Made by a program: the position numbers and the translations under genes
The notes under the pieces: model-generated
Databases searched by the model: none
Seen by the model: the letters and a program-made list of their open reading frames with translations, nothing else
Told to the model about the DNA's origin: nothing
Source of the DNA: Candidatus Collierbacteria bacterium GW2011_GWB2_45_17
GTDB taxonomy: Bacteria; Patescibacteriota; Microgenomatia; UBA1400; MFAQ01
DNA length: 64,000 nt
Assembly (NCBI GenBank): GCA_001001485.1
Contig: LCKO01000002.1
Coordinates: 47,567-111,566, forward strand
Reading direction: 5' to 3'
In this document: piece after piece, positions 30,818 through 40,541 of the stretch
Position numbering within the stretch: the first letter of the stretch is position 1
How the letters are laid out: each line of letters begins with the position of its first letter

Positions 30818-33800
30818 TCACGTGTCAAGCGGCACGCCGTTTGGCCAGCAGTGATTTTTGAATTCGCAAGTGGCACAGGTGGTGTAGACTGTAGTCCGGT
30901 CGAACTTTAGCTTCCGAATATCGGCCACCGAAGCTTTGATCACTTCTTTCAGCTCGCCCACTTCCTCCTCCGTGATATTAAAGTGTTCCCTTTTGAAAAC
31001 TCCTCCCTTATCCGGCTCGATAAAGTCGATCACTGACTGGACCACTTTGTATTTGAAGGATTTGTCCAAGTCAGCCAGTATGGTATAGAAAACCAGCTGA
31101 CGCTTGTAATCCCCATCGGAATTTTTGGTATTCCCCTCTATCTCATTCCTACTTTTGGGAGCCCCTGTCTTGTAGTCCGTAAATCGAACGTGTTTATCCT
31201 CCTTACTCGTCAGATCTATCCTATCCGCCTTTCCCGACAGGGGAATATCACCGAGCATTACTGAAGAAGATAGCGAGTCTCCAAATTTCTTCTCGGTAAA
31301 TAGACTCGGCTCAAACTCTTTCTCGTATCGATCATAGTATGCCGATAATATTTCTCTCCCGTGTTCCAATCGTGTCTTGTACTCTGCTTCCGTCAGCACT
31401 TCTCTCGCGAGAGCCACTTCAAAGTCCCGCAGGAAATCTTTTTTGGATTCCAGCTTCTCACCGTTATTCAGCCCCAAATATAGTCGTTCCAGAGCAAAGT
31501 GAACCGCTGTTCCAAAACACATGGGCGGTGCCTTCGCTCGCGGAATCTTGTAGAGGTTATCCAGCTTAAATTTATACGGACACTTGAGAAACGTATTTAA
31601 AGCCGTCGGGCTAAGCTTAAAGTCTTTGATGATTTGCAGTAGATACTCTTTCTCACCCTCGTGAATGGTCGGAGCTATTGGTACTTGCATTAGAGAGGCC
31701 AGAATCTTGGCCGCTTTTTTCTCCAGTCCTAACGTTTTAATTTTCTTTATTGTTTCTTTTGGCAGGTCTGAGAGAAACAGGGATGGATACACCATCTTTA
31801 CCGAAGAGCTGTACTTGGTAGAGCCTACTATATATAGCTCCTGCTTCGCCCGCGTCATGGCGACATAAAAAAGTCTTCGCTCCTCCGCATTCTTATCCTC
31901 CTTACTCACATCCTGCTCGTTGATGATTCCCGGTGGCAATTTGATCATCTGGCGCCTGCTGGTATTTCCCCAGTGAGTATCGGCGAAGCGATAAATGTAA
32001 ACCAGTTTCCACTCCAAGCCCTTGGCCTTGTGCGCCGTTGTCAGGGTTACGGCTTTGGTATCCGACACTAGTGTTTGCTCCGGCAGTTTCAGCCCGTTCT
32101 CTTCCATAATTCCAAGGTTAAAAACATAGCCAAAAATATCTAGACCAGAAGTTGCCGCCGCTTGTGCCTTAACATCTTCATAGAGAGTGCCAAAACGATT
32201 TAACTCGATGATCGGCTGGGGGAGAGCCAGAACATAATCAAGGAGCCCCGATTCTTGAAAAATAATCTGAAACATCTCCGGCAGAGTGTGAGAGGCCGAG
32301 CGCGAGTTCCACGACACCAGCAGATTAAACTTCTCTATCAATTCTCTATCAATCTCCGGATGAGCGTCTTGCAGGCTGTCCACCAACGTCTTTCTATTCT
32401 CGTGTGCATATCTGGCTGCTCTTAAAATAGGTAGTGGCTTGAGACCTAAATACGGATAATTCAAAATAGTAAAGAGGTCAATATCATCTACCGGACCCTG
32501 TAAACCGGTCACTACTTTGAGAATCTTCAGAAACTGGCCGACCAAAGGTGTTCTCAGCACATCCGTGCCCCCTTCCAAACGATACGGAATATTTTTTTGT
32601 TTGAAGATATTTATCAGATTATCGATATCTCTGTTTTCTTTGACGATGACCGCCATCTCTTCCGGCGGGATACCTTTCTTTATCTTTTGTTTTATCGACC
32701 GGCAAACAAATTCATCTTCCAGTACGGACGAGCTAAATTTGGCCGTCTTCACCAGCACGTCCCGATATTTCACTTTGGGGTTTAAGGGTGTTTCTCCCAT
32801 AAGGGCGGCGGAAGACTGCAGTAGACTCGGCGTCGAGCGGTAGTTATCTACCAGCTTGACCGAGGTGTGTCCCGGAAATCTTTTTTCAAAGGCCAACAAG
32901 TTTTCTTTACTGGCTCCCTGAAAACGGAAGATGGAATTATGAACGACAATGCCATTGGCTATAAAATTGTGAGAGGGGGTGACTTCGAGGTCAAAAACGG
33001 TTTTCACCTTGATTTCTTCAGTTCTGGAAATTATTTTTTCATATTTAATTTCAAACCCATTTAATACTGGTAAATAATTTCCTATGAGCAGGTTGCCCAT
33101 TTGCATGACTCTTGCAGATCTATGTTGAATTGAATTAGTTCCAATGCTTGACTTTATATCGATAAAGCCAGGCAACTCTCTTTCAAGGTTTTCTGCGATA
33201 CTGAACAATTGTTTTATATCTGTTGAGGTAATCCTAAAACCCTTGCCAATATTTTTGTTTTTCAATTTGAATCCTAATTTAGATAGCTTATCTAACACTT
33301 TTTTATTTGATGTTTGGATATTAATTTCGTGAAGAACCTCTGGGTGTTCAAGAAGACCGACCTTGGCATATTTAGTCCTGTAGCTTCTAGAGCACATCAT
33401 AAAGTTAATCTTCACCCTCCCTTTTCCAAGTGTGGTGGCCTCTCTTGAGTAGTGAGGCTCCATGAGATTTATTCCCAAATCATCGGCCAGTCTTTTTGCA
33501 TTCGAAAGTGTATCAAATTCTGCAAAAATTACCTTTATGTATTCCTGAGAAACTTTACCTCCTCGCGGTTGAAACACTATGGTAGGAATCTGATATTTTA
33601 GAGAATAGATTGTTTCTGCACAGCGAGCTTCCCATTCAGTATTATGTGAGGCGATTCCAACGATTTTATCTGCACCAGATTCCGTTTTAAGTCTAATCGA
33701 CAGACCCCTGGTAATTCCCAAACGCCAACCAACTCCTTCCTTGAACATCAGATAGTTGTACCAATAGCTGGTTTCTTCTCTCGGTGGAATGTAACAGAAC

Positions 33801-34906
33801 ATCTTGTGGTTATCGGTAGCGGTAACAGTTTTACCAGATTCTGTTGTTAGGGTGATTAGTCTTACCTTTTTGGTTTGGGAAAAAACGTTTGTAACCTTAA
33901 TGTATGAGGTATATCCTTTTCCGACGGCAGACAATACAGATTCCCCAATTTGTATATCCTTAATATTTTTTTCTCCTCCTGCTGTATTTATCTTCGTGTC
34001 GCCAGGAAGGCATTGATTGTTGTCTCCCACACAAAAAATATTTGACCTTTCTCCCCAGAAAGACGACAGAGCAAACACCAATCTATTTTGTGCCGAGTTC
34101 GTATCCTGATACTCGTCTACCAGAATGTACTGAAAATTTTCTTCGTATTGTTGTAAAAAATCCGCATCATTTTCAAACGCCTCTACCACCCAATTGATCA
34201 TGTCCTCGAAATCCAGTCTCCCCAATGCTTTTAATTTCTCCTGATATTTTTCGTAGATAAAAAGGAGATCAATATTCTTATTTACCAGCGTTTCCCTTTC
34301 GGTTCTCGCCGTCTTGCTCATTCCCCCTTTCTCTATCTCAAACTCGTCTTTGAGTATCGACACCAGCTCGGAAAACTTCTTCAAAGTAATTCCTTCTCTC
34401 TTGAGGATTGAGATACTGCCGATAATATCCTTGACATACATCAGGGGTGCATTGACGGGCTTCAAGAGTTTAAAAGAATTTTTTTCCAGAACTTCGGAAA
34501 TGAGATTGACTCTTTCCAGCTCTGTCACGTTCTGCATTCCCGCCGGCCTAGCAAACCTGTCCGGATTGTCGGCAATGATCTCATTACACAGTGCATGAAA
34601 GGTGCCGATCTTCACATAGTACCCGTCCTGACCGATAAGGCTGATGAGACGTTCCTTCATTTCTCTTGCCGCCGCATCGGTGTAGGTTAGGGCAAGAATT
34701 GAGGATGGTTCGGTATCGGTTTCTTTGAGAATATTGGCAATTCGTACCGTCAGTACTTGCGTTTTCCCGGTACCCGGACCGGCCAGCACCAGTACCGGCC
34801 CTTCGATACTATCGACGGCTTTTTTCTGAGTCGGATTTAATTTTCGATAAGCGGATTCAAAGGCAACCGTTACAGGCATGCCTAATTGTATATCGAAAAA
34901 AGTCAT
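30818..34906 (-). CDS. UvrD/REP helicase fused to C-terminal PD-(D/E)xK nuclease (AddA/AdnA-like), intein-containing
   Basis: AGPGTGKT, LVDEYQDTN, TAHKAKGLEW, EERRLFYVAMTRA, LSPTAL, GKADRID, DYKTG, C-terminal CxxC..C; start 34906 or 34879. Confidence 0.93.
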   Translation of the reverse strand: MTFFDIQLGMPVTVAFESAYRKLNPTQKKAVDSIEGPVLVLAGPGTGKTQVLTVRIANILKETDTEPSSILALTYTDAAAREMKERLISLIGQDGYYVKIGTFHALCNEIIADNPDRFARPAGMQNVTELERVNLISEVLEKNSFKLLKPVNAPLMYVKDIIGSISILKREGITLKKFSELVSILKDEFEIEKGGMSKTARTERETLVNKNIDLLFIYEKYQEKLKALGRLDFEDMINWVVEAFENDADFLQQYEENFQYILVDEYQDTNSAQNRLVFALSSFWGERSNIFCVGDNNQCLPGDTKINTAGGEKNIKDIQIGESVLSAVGKGYTSYIKVTNVFSQTKKVRLITLTTESGKTVTATDNHKMFCYIPPREETSYWYNYLMFKEGVGWRLGITRGLSIRLKTESGADKIVGIASHNTEWEARCAETIYSLKYQIPTIVFQPRGGKVSQEYIKVIFAEFDTLSNAKRLADDLGINLMEPHYSREATTLGKGRVKINFMMCSRSYRTKYAKVGLLEHPEVLHEINIQTSNKKVLDKLSKLGFKLKNKNIGKGFRITSTDIKQLFSIAENLERELPGFIDIKSSIGTNSIQHRSARVMQMGNLLIGNYLPVLNGFEIKYEKIISRTEEIKVKTVFDLEVTPSHNFIANGIVVHNSIFRFQGASKENLLAFEKRFPGHTSVKLVDNYRSTPSLLQSSAALMGETPLNPKVKYRDVLVKTAKFSSSVLEDEFVCRSIKQKIKKGIPPEEMAVIVKENRDIDNLINIFKQKNIPYRLEGGTDVLRTPLVGQFLKILKVVTGLQGPVDDIDLFTILNYPYLGLKPLPILRAARYAHENRKTLVDSLQDAHPEIDRELIEKFNLLVSWNSRSASHTLPEMFQIIFQESGLLDYVLALPQPIIELNRFGTLYEDVKAQAAATSGLDIFGYVFNLGIMEENGLKLPEQTLVSDTKAVTLTTAHKAKGLEWKLVYIYRFADTHWGNTSRRQMIKLPPGIINEQDVSKEDKNAEERRLFYVAMTRAKQELYIVGSTKYSSSVKMVYPSLFLSDLPKETIKKIKTLGLEKKAAKILASLMQVPIAPTIHEGEKEYLLQIIKDFKLSPTALNTFLKCPYKFKLDNLYKIPRAKAPPMCFGTAVHFALERLYLGLNNGEKLESKKDFLRDFEVALAREVLTEAEYKTRLEHGREILSAYYDRYEKEFEPSLFTEKKFGDSLSSSVMLGDIPLSGKADRIDLTSKEDKHVRFTDYKTGAPKSRNEIEGNTKNSDGDYKRQLVFYTILADLDKSFKYKVVQSVIDFIEPDKGGVFKREHFNITEEEVGELKEVIKASVADIRKLKFDRTTVYTTCATCEFKNHCWPNGVPLDT
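32936..34012 (-). mobile_element. Intein (359 aa) in helicase motif III with endonuclease-like insert
   Basis: VGDNNQ|CLPGDT...TATDNHK...VFDLEV..SHNFIANGIVVHN|SIFRFQGA. Confidence 0.95.
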
Positions 34907-34922
34907 TCCTTATTATTTATTT

Positions 34923-34952
34923 ACCGTACCCCCCCCCCACAGTGCTTGTCAA
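34923..34952 (-). promoter_or_regulatory. Candidate promoter with a G10 tract in the -35/-10 spacer
   Basis: Minus strand TTGACA-agcactgt-G10-TACGGT (18-nt spacer). Confidence 0.5.
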
Positions 34953-34980
34953 GCTATTATTGATATAAAATATCTACACA

Positions 34981-36441
34981 GTGAAACAACAAGAACTAGG
35001 CGAATTACTGGAATATTTACTCTCACAACCAGGGGAATCTGAATGGATCGAATTCAAACATAATAATTATTCCCCAGATGATCTCGGAGAATATATCTCA
35101 GCCTTATCCAATTCAGCCTGTTTACTCGATAAACCGCGGAGCTATCTGATTTTCGGAATTGAAGACAAAACGAAAAAAGTTGTGGGAACAAATTTCAATC
35201 CAAATAAAGAAAAAGTAAGGAATCAAGAGTTATTGAATTGGCTGGATACTCAACTCCGTCCAAGCATACAGTTTACATTTAGCGTATTCTCAGAGCAAAA
35301 AACAGGATACCAAATTGTAATAATTGAAATTCACCCTGCCCCTGGTAGCCCAATTAAGTTCAAAACCGAAAGTTACATTAGAGTTGGAACATATAAAAAG
35401 AAATTAAGAGACCACGCGGGGTTAGAGAGAAGATTGTGGGAAAAATTGAACCGAAAAGATTTTGAATCACAATTAGCAACAGAGAACATTTCTTCAAGCG
35501 ACGTGCTCCGTATAATTGATTATCCAAGTTTCTTTGACATGTTAAATATACCCTTACCAGCAGACAGGGAGAGCATTCTATCTAAATTAGAAGAGGAGAG
35601 AATGATAGCTCGGAGAGGGAAATCATGCGATATTACAAATTTAGGAGCAATTCTATACGCCAAGAAACTAAGTTATTTCGAACATTTGGATAGAAAATCA
35701 ATTAGAGTAATAATATACAAAGGAGGAAACAGAAATGAATCAGCAAAGGAGCAAATTGGATTAAAGGGATATGCTACAGGCTTTGAGGGTCTTATAAGTT
35801 ATATTAACGATCAGATTCCTGCAAACGAACTAATTGGTCAGGCCATAAGAGTCAACACAAAAATGTATCCCGAGATTGCCATCAGGGAATTGGTTGCAAA
35901 CACATTGATTCACCAAGACCTTTCAATTAAAGGATCGTCCCCATTAATTGAAATATTCAACGATAGGATAGAATTCTCAAACCCAGGGAAACCCTTAATT
36001 GACACACTTCGTTTTCTAGATCATGCACCTCAAAGCAGAAATGAAAAAATCGCAAAAATGATGAGACGGGTTGGTATATGTGAAGAAAGAGGAAGTGGAA
36101 TTGACAAGGTTATTATCCAAACAGAACTCTATCAACTTCCTGCTCCAGAATTTGAAGTTGGAGATAGTTTCACAAGAGTAATTTTATTCGCTCATAAAAC
36201 ATTTTCGGAGATGGGGAAAAAGGATAGAATTCGTGCCGCATACCAACATTCATGTTTGAGATATGTTTCGAATCAACAAATGACAAACGAAAGTTTACGT
36301 AAGAGGTTCAATATTAGTGACAAGAATTATCCAATAGCCTCAAGAATTATTAACGAAGCTGTAGACGCTAAACTCGTAAAACCATTTGACCTTGAGTCAA
36401 AATCTAGGAAATACGCACGATATATACCTTTTTGGGCTTGA
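34981..36441 (+). CDS. Schlafen/AlbA_2 domain protein with HATPase_c_4 ('RecG C-terminal') domain
   Basis: ESEWIEFK, ISALSN, LIFGIED; AIRELVANTLIHQD, NPG, RNEKIA, EERGSG. Confidence 0.9.
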   Translation: MKQQELGELLEYLLSQPGESEWIEFKHNNYSPDDLGEYISALSNSACLLDKPRSYLIFGIEDKTKKVVGTNFNPNKEKVRNQELLNWLDTQLRPSIQFTFSVFSEQKTGYQIVIIEIHPAPGSPIKFKTESYIRVGTYKKKLRDHAGLERRLWEKLNRKDFESQLATENISSSDVLRIIDYPSFFDMLNIPLPADRESILSKLEEERMIARRGKSCDITNLGAILYAKKLSYFEHLDRKSIRVIIYKGGNRNESAKEQIGLKGYATGFEGLISYINDQIPANELIGQAIRVNTKMYPEIAIRELVANTLIHQDLSIKGSSPLIEIFNDRIEFSNPGKPLIDTLRFLDHAPQSRNEKIAKMMRRVGICEERGSGIDKVIIQTELYQLPAPEFEVGDSFTRVILFAHKTFSEMGKKDRIRAAYQHSCLRYVSNQQMTNESLRKRFNISDKNYPIASRIINEAVDAKLVKPFDLESKSRKYARYIPFWA

Positions 36442-36445
36442 GAAC

Positions 36446-36539
36446 TCTTATGTAATCAGATATGTGAAGAATGCAAGCCATTATAATTTTAGATTGACTT
36501 ATCAATCAAATCTTATGTAACAGATATGTAACCAGATAT
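36446..36539. repeat. Short direct repeats TATGTAA(N)CAGA downstream of the Schlafen gene
   Basis: TCTTATGTAATCAGATATGT (36446-36465) and TCTTATGTAACAGATATGTAACCAGATAT (36511-36539). Confidence 0.6.
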
Positions 36540-36570
36540 ATCTCTCCTCGACCAACCATCGCAGTCAACC

Positions 36571-36960
36571 CTATTTCTCTTTCTTGAAAACCTTCATCAT
36601 TCCCTTGCTTTGAACAAAACCAAAGGCAACCGCCAGAAGTAGGCCTACCCACCAGCCGGAAATACCCAGTCCAAACTGTTCCGAGAATCTGGTAATCACC
36701 CACACTCCCACAAAATTTATTGCCAAGTAGCCGATCATCCATTCCTTGGTCGTGAGTGCTCTACCCAGCATTTTTTGTTTCCACTCAAACAGGGGTACAG
36801 CCAAGGTCCCGATCAAAGTCAACATCACCATACTGTGGAAGACAGCCCACCACAAATTTGAGTTGGCGTTCCCCAACACTACTTGGGCCGGAAAGAGGGC
36901 ATTGGCAATCAGAATTACTAAACTATTAAGGACCAATGAGACAAAAAAAGTAGGTGTCAT
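36571..36960 (-). CDS. Four-TM membrane protein
   Basis: Hydrophobic 129-aa ORF. Confidence 0.75.
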   Translation of the reverse strand: MTPTFFVSLVLNSLVILIANALFPAQVVLGNANSNLWWAVFHSMVMLTLIGTLAVPLFEWKQKMLGRALTTKEWMIGYLAINFVGVWVITRFSEQFGLGISGWWVGLLLAVAFGFVQSKGMMKVFKKEK

Positions 36961-37028
36961 TTGTCGTAAAAATTACTAATAATTCAGTCTAGCACAACCA
37001 AACCAAAGTCTTTTGCTATATTTAATCA

Positions 37029-37943
37029 ATGCTGGAATTTGAAAGAAAGAAATTAATTGAAACCGAAATTTATGAAAAACCCCTACCTTTCTTTAACCCA
37101 GAGGTTTACGAAACTCACCTTGGTCTCTCTTATCTCCGGGAGCCAGGTGTCGCCATTATTTCCATTCCTTATGTCGATCTCAGAGGTGCGCAGGGTTTCT
37201 TAGATGGTTTTCCCCGAGAATTGGAATTTTTTAAGTATCTTGAAGACCCCACTCCCATCCCGTCTTCCGAAGCCCTCTGTAAGTTTGCCGGCCAACTTTG
37301 CTTTTTGAGTCATGGCCCTCAGCGGACTATGAACAAAGATGCTCAGAAATATTTTCAAAACATCAAAGAATCTGGTCATGGATCCGTCCTGGAACACGCC
37401 AACATTTCCATTCTGCTTTGGGGAGTTTCGCGGAGCCTCACTCACGAACTGGTCCGCCATCGGGCCGGTTTTGGTTTTTCTCAAGTTTCTCAGCGGTACG
37501 TCGGAGGTCGCACTCTTCGCTTCATCGAGCGACCGGAATATGTCGACGACGCTTTTCTCCATGAACTTTTTGAAGATCGAATTGAAAGGACTCAGCGAGA
37601 ATACGAAGGTATTACCGATTATTTACTGGAAAAACAAAAAGCCGGTTCTGAAATCCTCAGTGCCGACCGTAAAACCGATCTCCGTAAAAAAGTCCGCCAG
37701 GCGGCAAGGTCTCTCTTGCCCAATGAAACCGAAGCCCCGATCGTCGTCACCGGGAATGCCCGAGCCTGGAGACATTTTCTGAACATGCGGGGTAGTGAAC
37801 ATGCCGAAATCGAGATTCGTCGTGCCGCTTTCGAAACCTACCGCTGTCTCTCTCAAGTGGCTCCGCTTCTCTTCGAGGACTTCGGCGTGGCTCACTTGCC
37901 GGACGGCACCCACGGGCTCACCACCCACTTCCCCAAAGTTTAG
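37029..37943 (+). CDS. thyX: FAD-dependent thymidylate synthase
   Basis: GHGSVLEH, SRSLTHELVRHR, SQRYV, ARSLLPN, NARAWRHF, EIR. Confidence 0.95.
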   Translation: MLEFERKKLIETEIYEKPLPFFNPEVYETHLGLSYLREPGVAIISIPYVDLRGAQGFLDGFPRELEFFKYLEDPTPIPSSEALCKFAGQLCFLSHGPQRTMNKDAQKYFQNIKESGHGSVLEHANISILLWGVSRSLTHELVRHRAGFGFSQVSQRYVGGRTLRFIERPEYVDDAFLHELFEDRIERTQREYEGITDYLLEKQKAGSEILSADRKTDLRKKVRQAARSLLPNETEAPIVVTGNARAWRHFLNMRGSEHAEIEIRRAAFETYRCLSQVAPLLFEDFGVAHLPDGTHGLTTHFPKV

Positions 37944-39013
37944 CTCTTATTTCCAAACGCCGGGGAAACTGCAAAAGGAATTTCTTCCCAGTCCTTTGAT
38001 TTTCTTACCTTTAGGTTTTTCGCCCAAACCGCGTCCAGAATTTTGGTATCTACTCCCTTGCCCCTTGCCATAGCCCTCAGAGCCAGCAGATCTTTCGGGA
38101 AACACTTCCCTCCAAATCCCTTCAGGGTGGTAATGTCCAAGTGACCGTCAAGAATTCTTTTATCCGCCACCACCATTTTCTTCACCTCTTCGTACTTTAT
38201 CCCCAGCTTTTCACAAATCTCCGCCATCTCATTGGCAAAAATAACTTTAGTCGCCAGAAAACAGTTGGCCATGTACTTCACCATCTCGGCCGAAGTCGGA
38301 TCTGTTTGGTATATCGGGGCCAGCGGTAGCACCGCCTGGTACATCGCCGACACTCTTCGGGATACCTGATCGTTGCTCGCTCCTATTACAATCCTGTCCG
38401 CATTGACAAAGTCTTGTAGAAATGAAGCTTCCCTCAGAAACTCGGGGTTAAAACAAAACAAACTCTCCGGATACTTCCTGATGTAGCCCGCCGTCGTTCC
38501 AGGAACTACTGTCGACTTGATAATGATGATTTTATCGGTACCCTTAGTCAGTTTAGCCAGGATCTTCATATTTTCATCCATAATCGATAGATCTATTCCC
38601 GACTCGTCTTCCCTAATGGGGGTTGGTAAGCAAACGAAAATATAATCGGACTTATCTACCACCTCTGCTAAAGACTCAAAATCTTTATATTTATCGTAAA
38701 CATGGATCTCGTGATTGGAAAAGCCATACTCCACCGCCTGCCCCACAAAGCCGTAGCCAATAATCCCAATTCGGAACTTTCTCTTAGTACTAAAATTTCC
38801 GCTTTGAATCACCGGCATCACCCCTCTGGCACCACCACTGTTTTGCTGTAATCTTCCCTTATCAATCAAAGTTTTTACATACTGGTGAATGGTGGGGACG
38901 CTTCTTTTAAACTTCTTGGCAATTTCCTCCAAGGTTGGCGAAAACTGATTTGCTTGATAATATTCTTCGATGAAATCAAGAATCTGCTTTTGTTTGGGGG
39001 TTATACCTAACAT
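37940..39013 (-). CDS. LexA-type DNA-binding domain fused to UDP-glucose/GDP-mannose dehydrogenase N-terminal and central domains
   Basis: TPKQKQILDFI...PTLEEIA; GYGFVG, CLPTP, KSTVVPGT, NPEFLRE, GFGGKCFPKD. Confidence 0.88.
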   Translation of the reverse strand: MLGITPKQKQILDFIEEYYQANQFSPTLEEIAKKFKRSVPTIHQYVKTLIDKGRLQQNSGGARGVMPVIQSGNFSTKRKFRIGIIGYGFVGQAVEYGFSNHEIHVYDKYKDFESLAEVVDKSDYIFVCLPTPIREDESGIDLSIMDENMKILAKLTKGTDKIIIIKSTVVPGTTAGYIRKYPESLFCFNPEFLREASFLQDFVNADRIVIGASNDQVSRRVSAMYQAVLPLAPIYQTDPTSAEMVKYMANCFLATKVIFANEMAEICEKLGIKYEEVKKMVVADKRILDGHLDITTLKGFGGKCFPKDLLALRAMARGKGVDTKILDAVWAKNLKVRKSKDWEEIPFAVSPAFGNKS

Positions 39014-39077
39014 ATTACTTATAATTTACTAATATTATTCATATTAATCCTATATTTTCACTCTGTCAAACAATTTT

Positions 39078-39869
39078 TTACCGAAATGGACCACGCAGAT
39101 TTTCCGGTAAATACTTCGCTATCTCAAACATCGCTTCCGTGGACGCCAAACTTGCCTTCTCGGTCGTAATAAAAAAGGGTTTCCCTACTACCATTTCAAC
39201 TTCCTTTGGTATTTCGGCCCAAACCGCCACCGGCACCGTCGGAATTCCCATTTTGCTCGCCAGAATGGCGAGTTTCCCCGATCCTTCATGATAAGTTTCT
39301 GTCGGCGAGATCTCTCCACCCTTTTCGATGTGTCCTTCCGGAGACATAAGGACTATATTTTTTTCTTTTAATGCTCGCATCATTTTCCTAACCGCGCTTG
39401 TCCTGCCGCCTAGAAAATCTTTCCTGTCTTCTGCTGTCGGCACGGAAATAATATTCTCCGAATACATGCGGTGGAATCTTTCCAGTAGCTGTACCGAGCC
39501 TGGTAGGGTAGTTTTTCCATTAAAATTGCTGGTTGTCAAGGATATTTCCGAAGCCATAGCTAGTTTTACTTGTTGGCCATTTACGTCATAAATCTGGACA
39601 AATAATTTCAACATGGCCGGCAAAAGCACATCCATGTTTGGATGGTTAAAAACAATCAGACAGCCGGTGTCTTTCGGAATATTTTCCAAGCCACTAAAAT
39701 TCACTTTGGTTTTTGTTTCCAATTCCCAAAGCAATTTTCTCGCATCTTCTACCAAACTTCTTCCCGTCTCCTCTTTAATCATTCCTGTCACCAGTTCATT
39801 CAAGAGCCCCGCTCTATAAAACGAAGCGGCAATTCCAGGCAGTCTTCTGAGTTCTGGCGACAGAGGCAT
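39078..39869 (-). CDS. Lysophospholipid acyltransferase (PlsC-like) family protein
   Basis: FSGLENIP, FNHPNMD, SPEG, PTVPVA, VGKPF; ATG 39869 preferred. Confidence 0.7.
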   Translation of the reverse strand: MPLSPELRRLPGIAASFYRAGLLNELVTGMIKEETGRSLVEDARKLLWELETKTKVNFSGLENIPKDTGCLIVFNHPNMDVLLPAMLKLFVQIYDVNGQQVKLAMASEISLTTSNFNGKTTLPGSVQLLERFHRMYSENIISVPTAEDRKDFLGGRTSAVRKMMRALKEKNIVLMSPEGHIEKGGEISPTETYHEGSGKLAILASKMGIPTVPVAVWAEIPKEVEMVVGKPFFITTEKASLASTEAMFEIAKYLPENLRGPFR

Positions 39870-39899
39870 GGCATATAAGATAACATAAACTTTATAGAT

Positions 39900-40499
39900 A
39901 TGGATATCACTGCCGCCCACCGACACTTAAAAAAAGACTCACGGCTTGCCCCGCTACTGTCCAAGTACTCCCTATCTCTGTCAAAGATTTCCACCGATCT
40001 CTTCCGTGACCTTCTCGAGTCGATCATTGGTCAGCAACTCTCGGTCAAAGCCGCATCGACTATCATTAAACGCTTTGTTGCTCTTTTCCCCGATCCTAAA
40101 AACATCAAGCCGAAAGATATCCTGGCCCAAAACGCGGACACTCTCCGGTCCGTCGGTCTTTCCCGTCAAAAAATCTCTTACCTCCAGTCTCTTTCCGAAT
40201 TCATACTTTCCGAAAAATTAGTTCTGGCTTCCCTTAAGGACTTGTCAGATGAAGCGGTCATCGAGAACTTGATTCAGGTCAAAGGTATCGGTCGCTGGAC
40301 CGCCGAAATGATATTAATTTTTTCTCTAGGTCGAGAAGATGTTTTTTCTGTTGGAGATCTTGGTTTGCGGACTGCCGTTTCCAAAATTTATGGCGTCGAT
40401 CGTGAAGATAAAATAAAAATCGAAAATATTGCTAAGAAATGGAGCCCTTACCGCTCTTTAGCCAGCCTCTATCTCTGGCAGAGTTTGGACAATAAATAG
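39900..40499 (+). CDS. DNA-3-methyladenine glycosylase (AlkA/HhH-GPD family)
   Basis: IIGQQLS, KGIGRWTAEM, GDLGLR, WSPYRS. Confidence 0.92.
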   Translation: MDITAAHRHLKKDSRLAPLLSKYSLSLSKISTDLFRDLLESIIGQQLSVKAASTIIKRFVALFPDPKNIKPKDILAQNADTLRSVGLSRQKISYLQSLSEFILSEKLVLASLKDLSDEAVIENLIQVKGIGRWTAEMILIFSLGREDVFSVGDLGLRTAVSKIYGVDREDKIKIENIAKKWSPYRSLASLYLWQSLDNK

Positions 40500-40506
40500 T
40501 TGCTAT

Positions 40507-40534
40507 AAAAAACCGGGTGCTCATGACACCCGGT
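40507..40534 (-). terminator. Terminator of the GNAT gene
   Basis: ACCGGGTG/CACCCGGT stem with A-run (U-tail on minus strand). Confidence 0.7.
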
Positions 40535-40541
40535 ATCCAAA

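Noticed and set aside
30775-30876. Longer MTase start in the ORF track
   Set aside because: Overlaps the helicase 3' end and adds no MTase motif; ATG 30774 is more plausible
36506-36742. 78-aa minus-strand ORF
   Set aside because: Alternate frame of the 36571..36960 membrane protein, running into repeats
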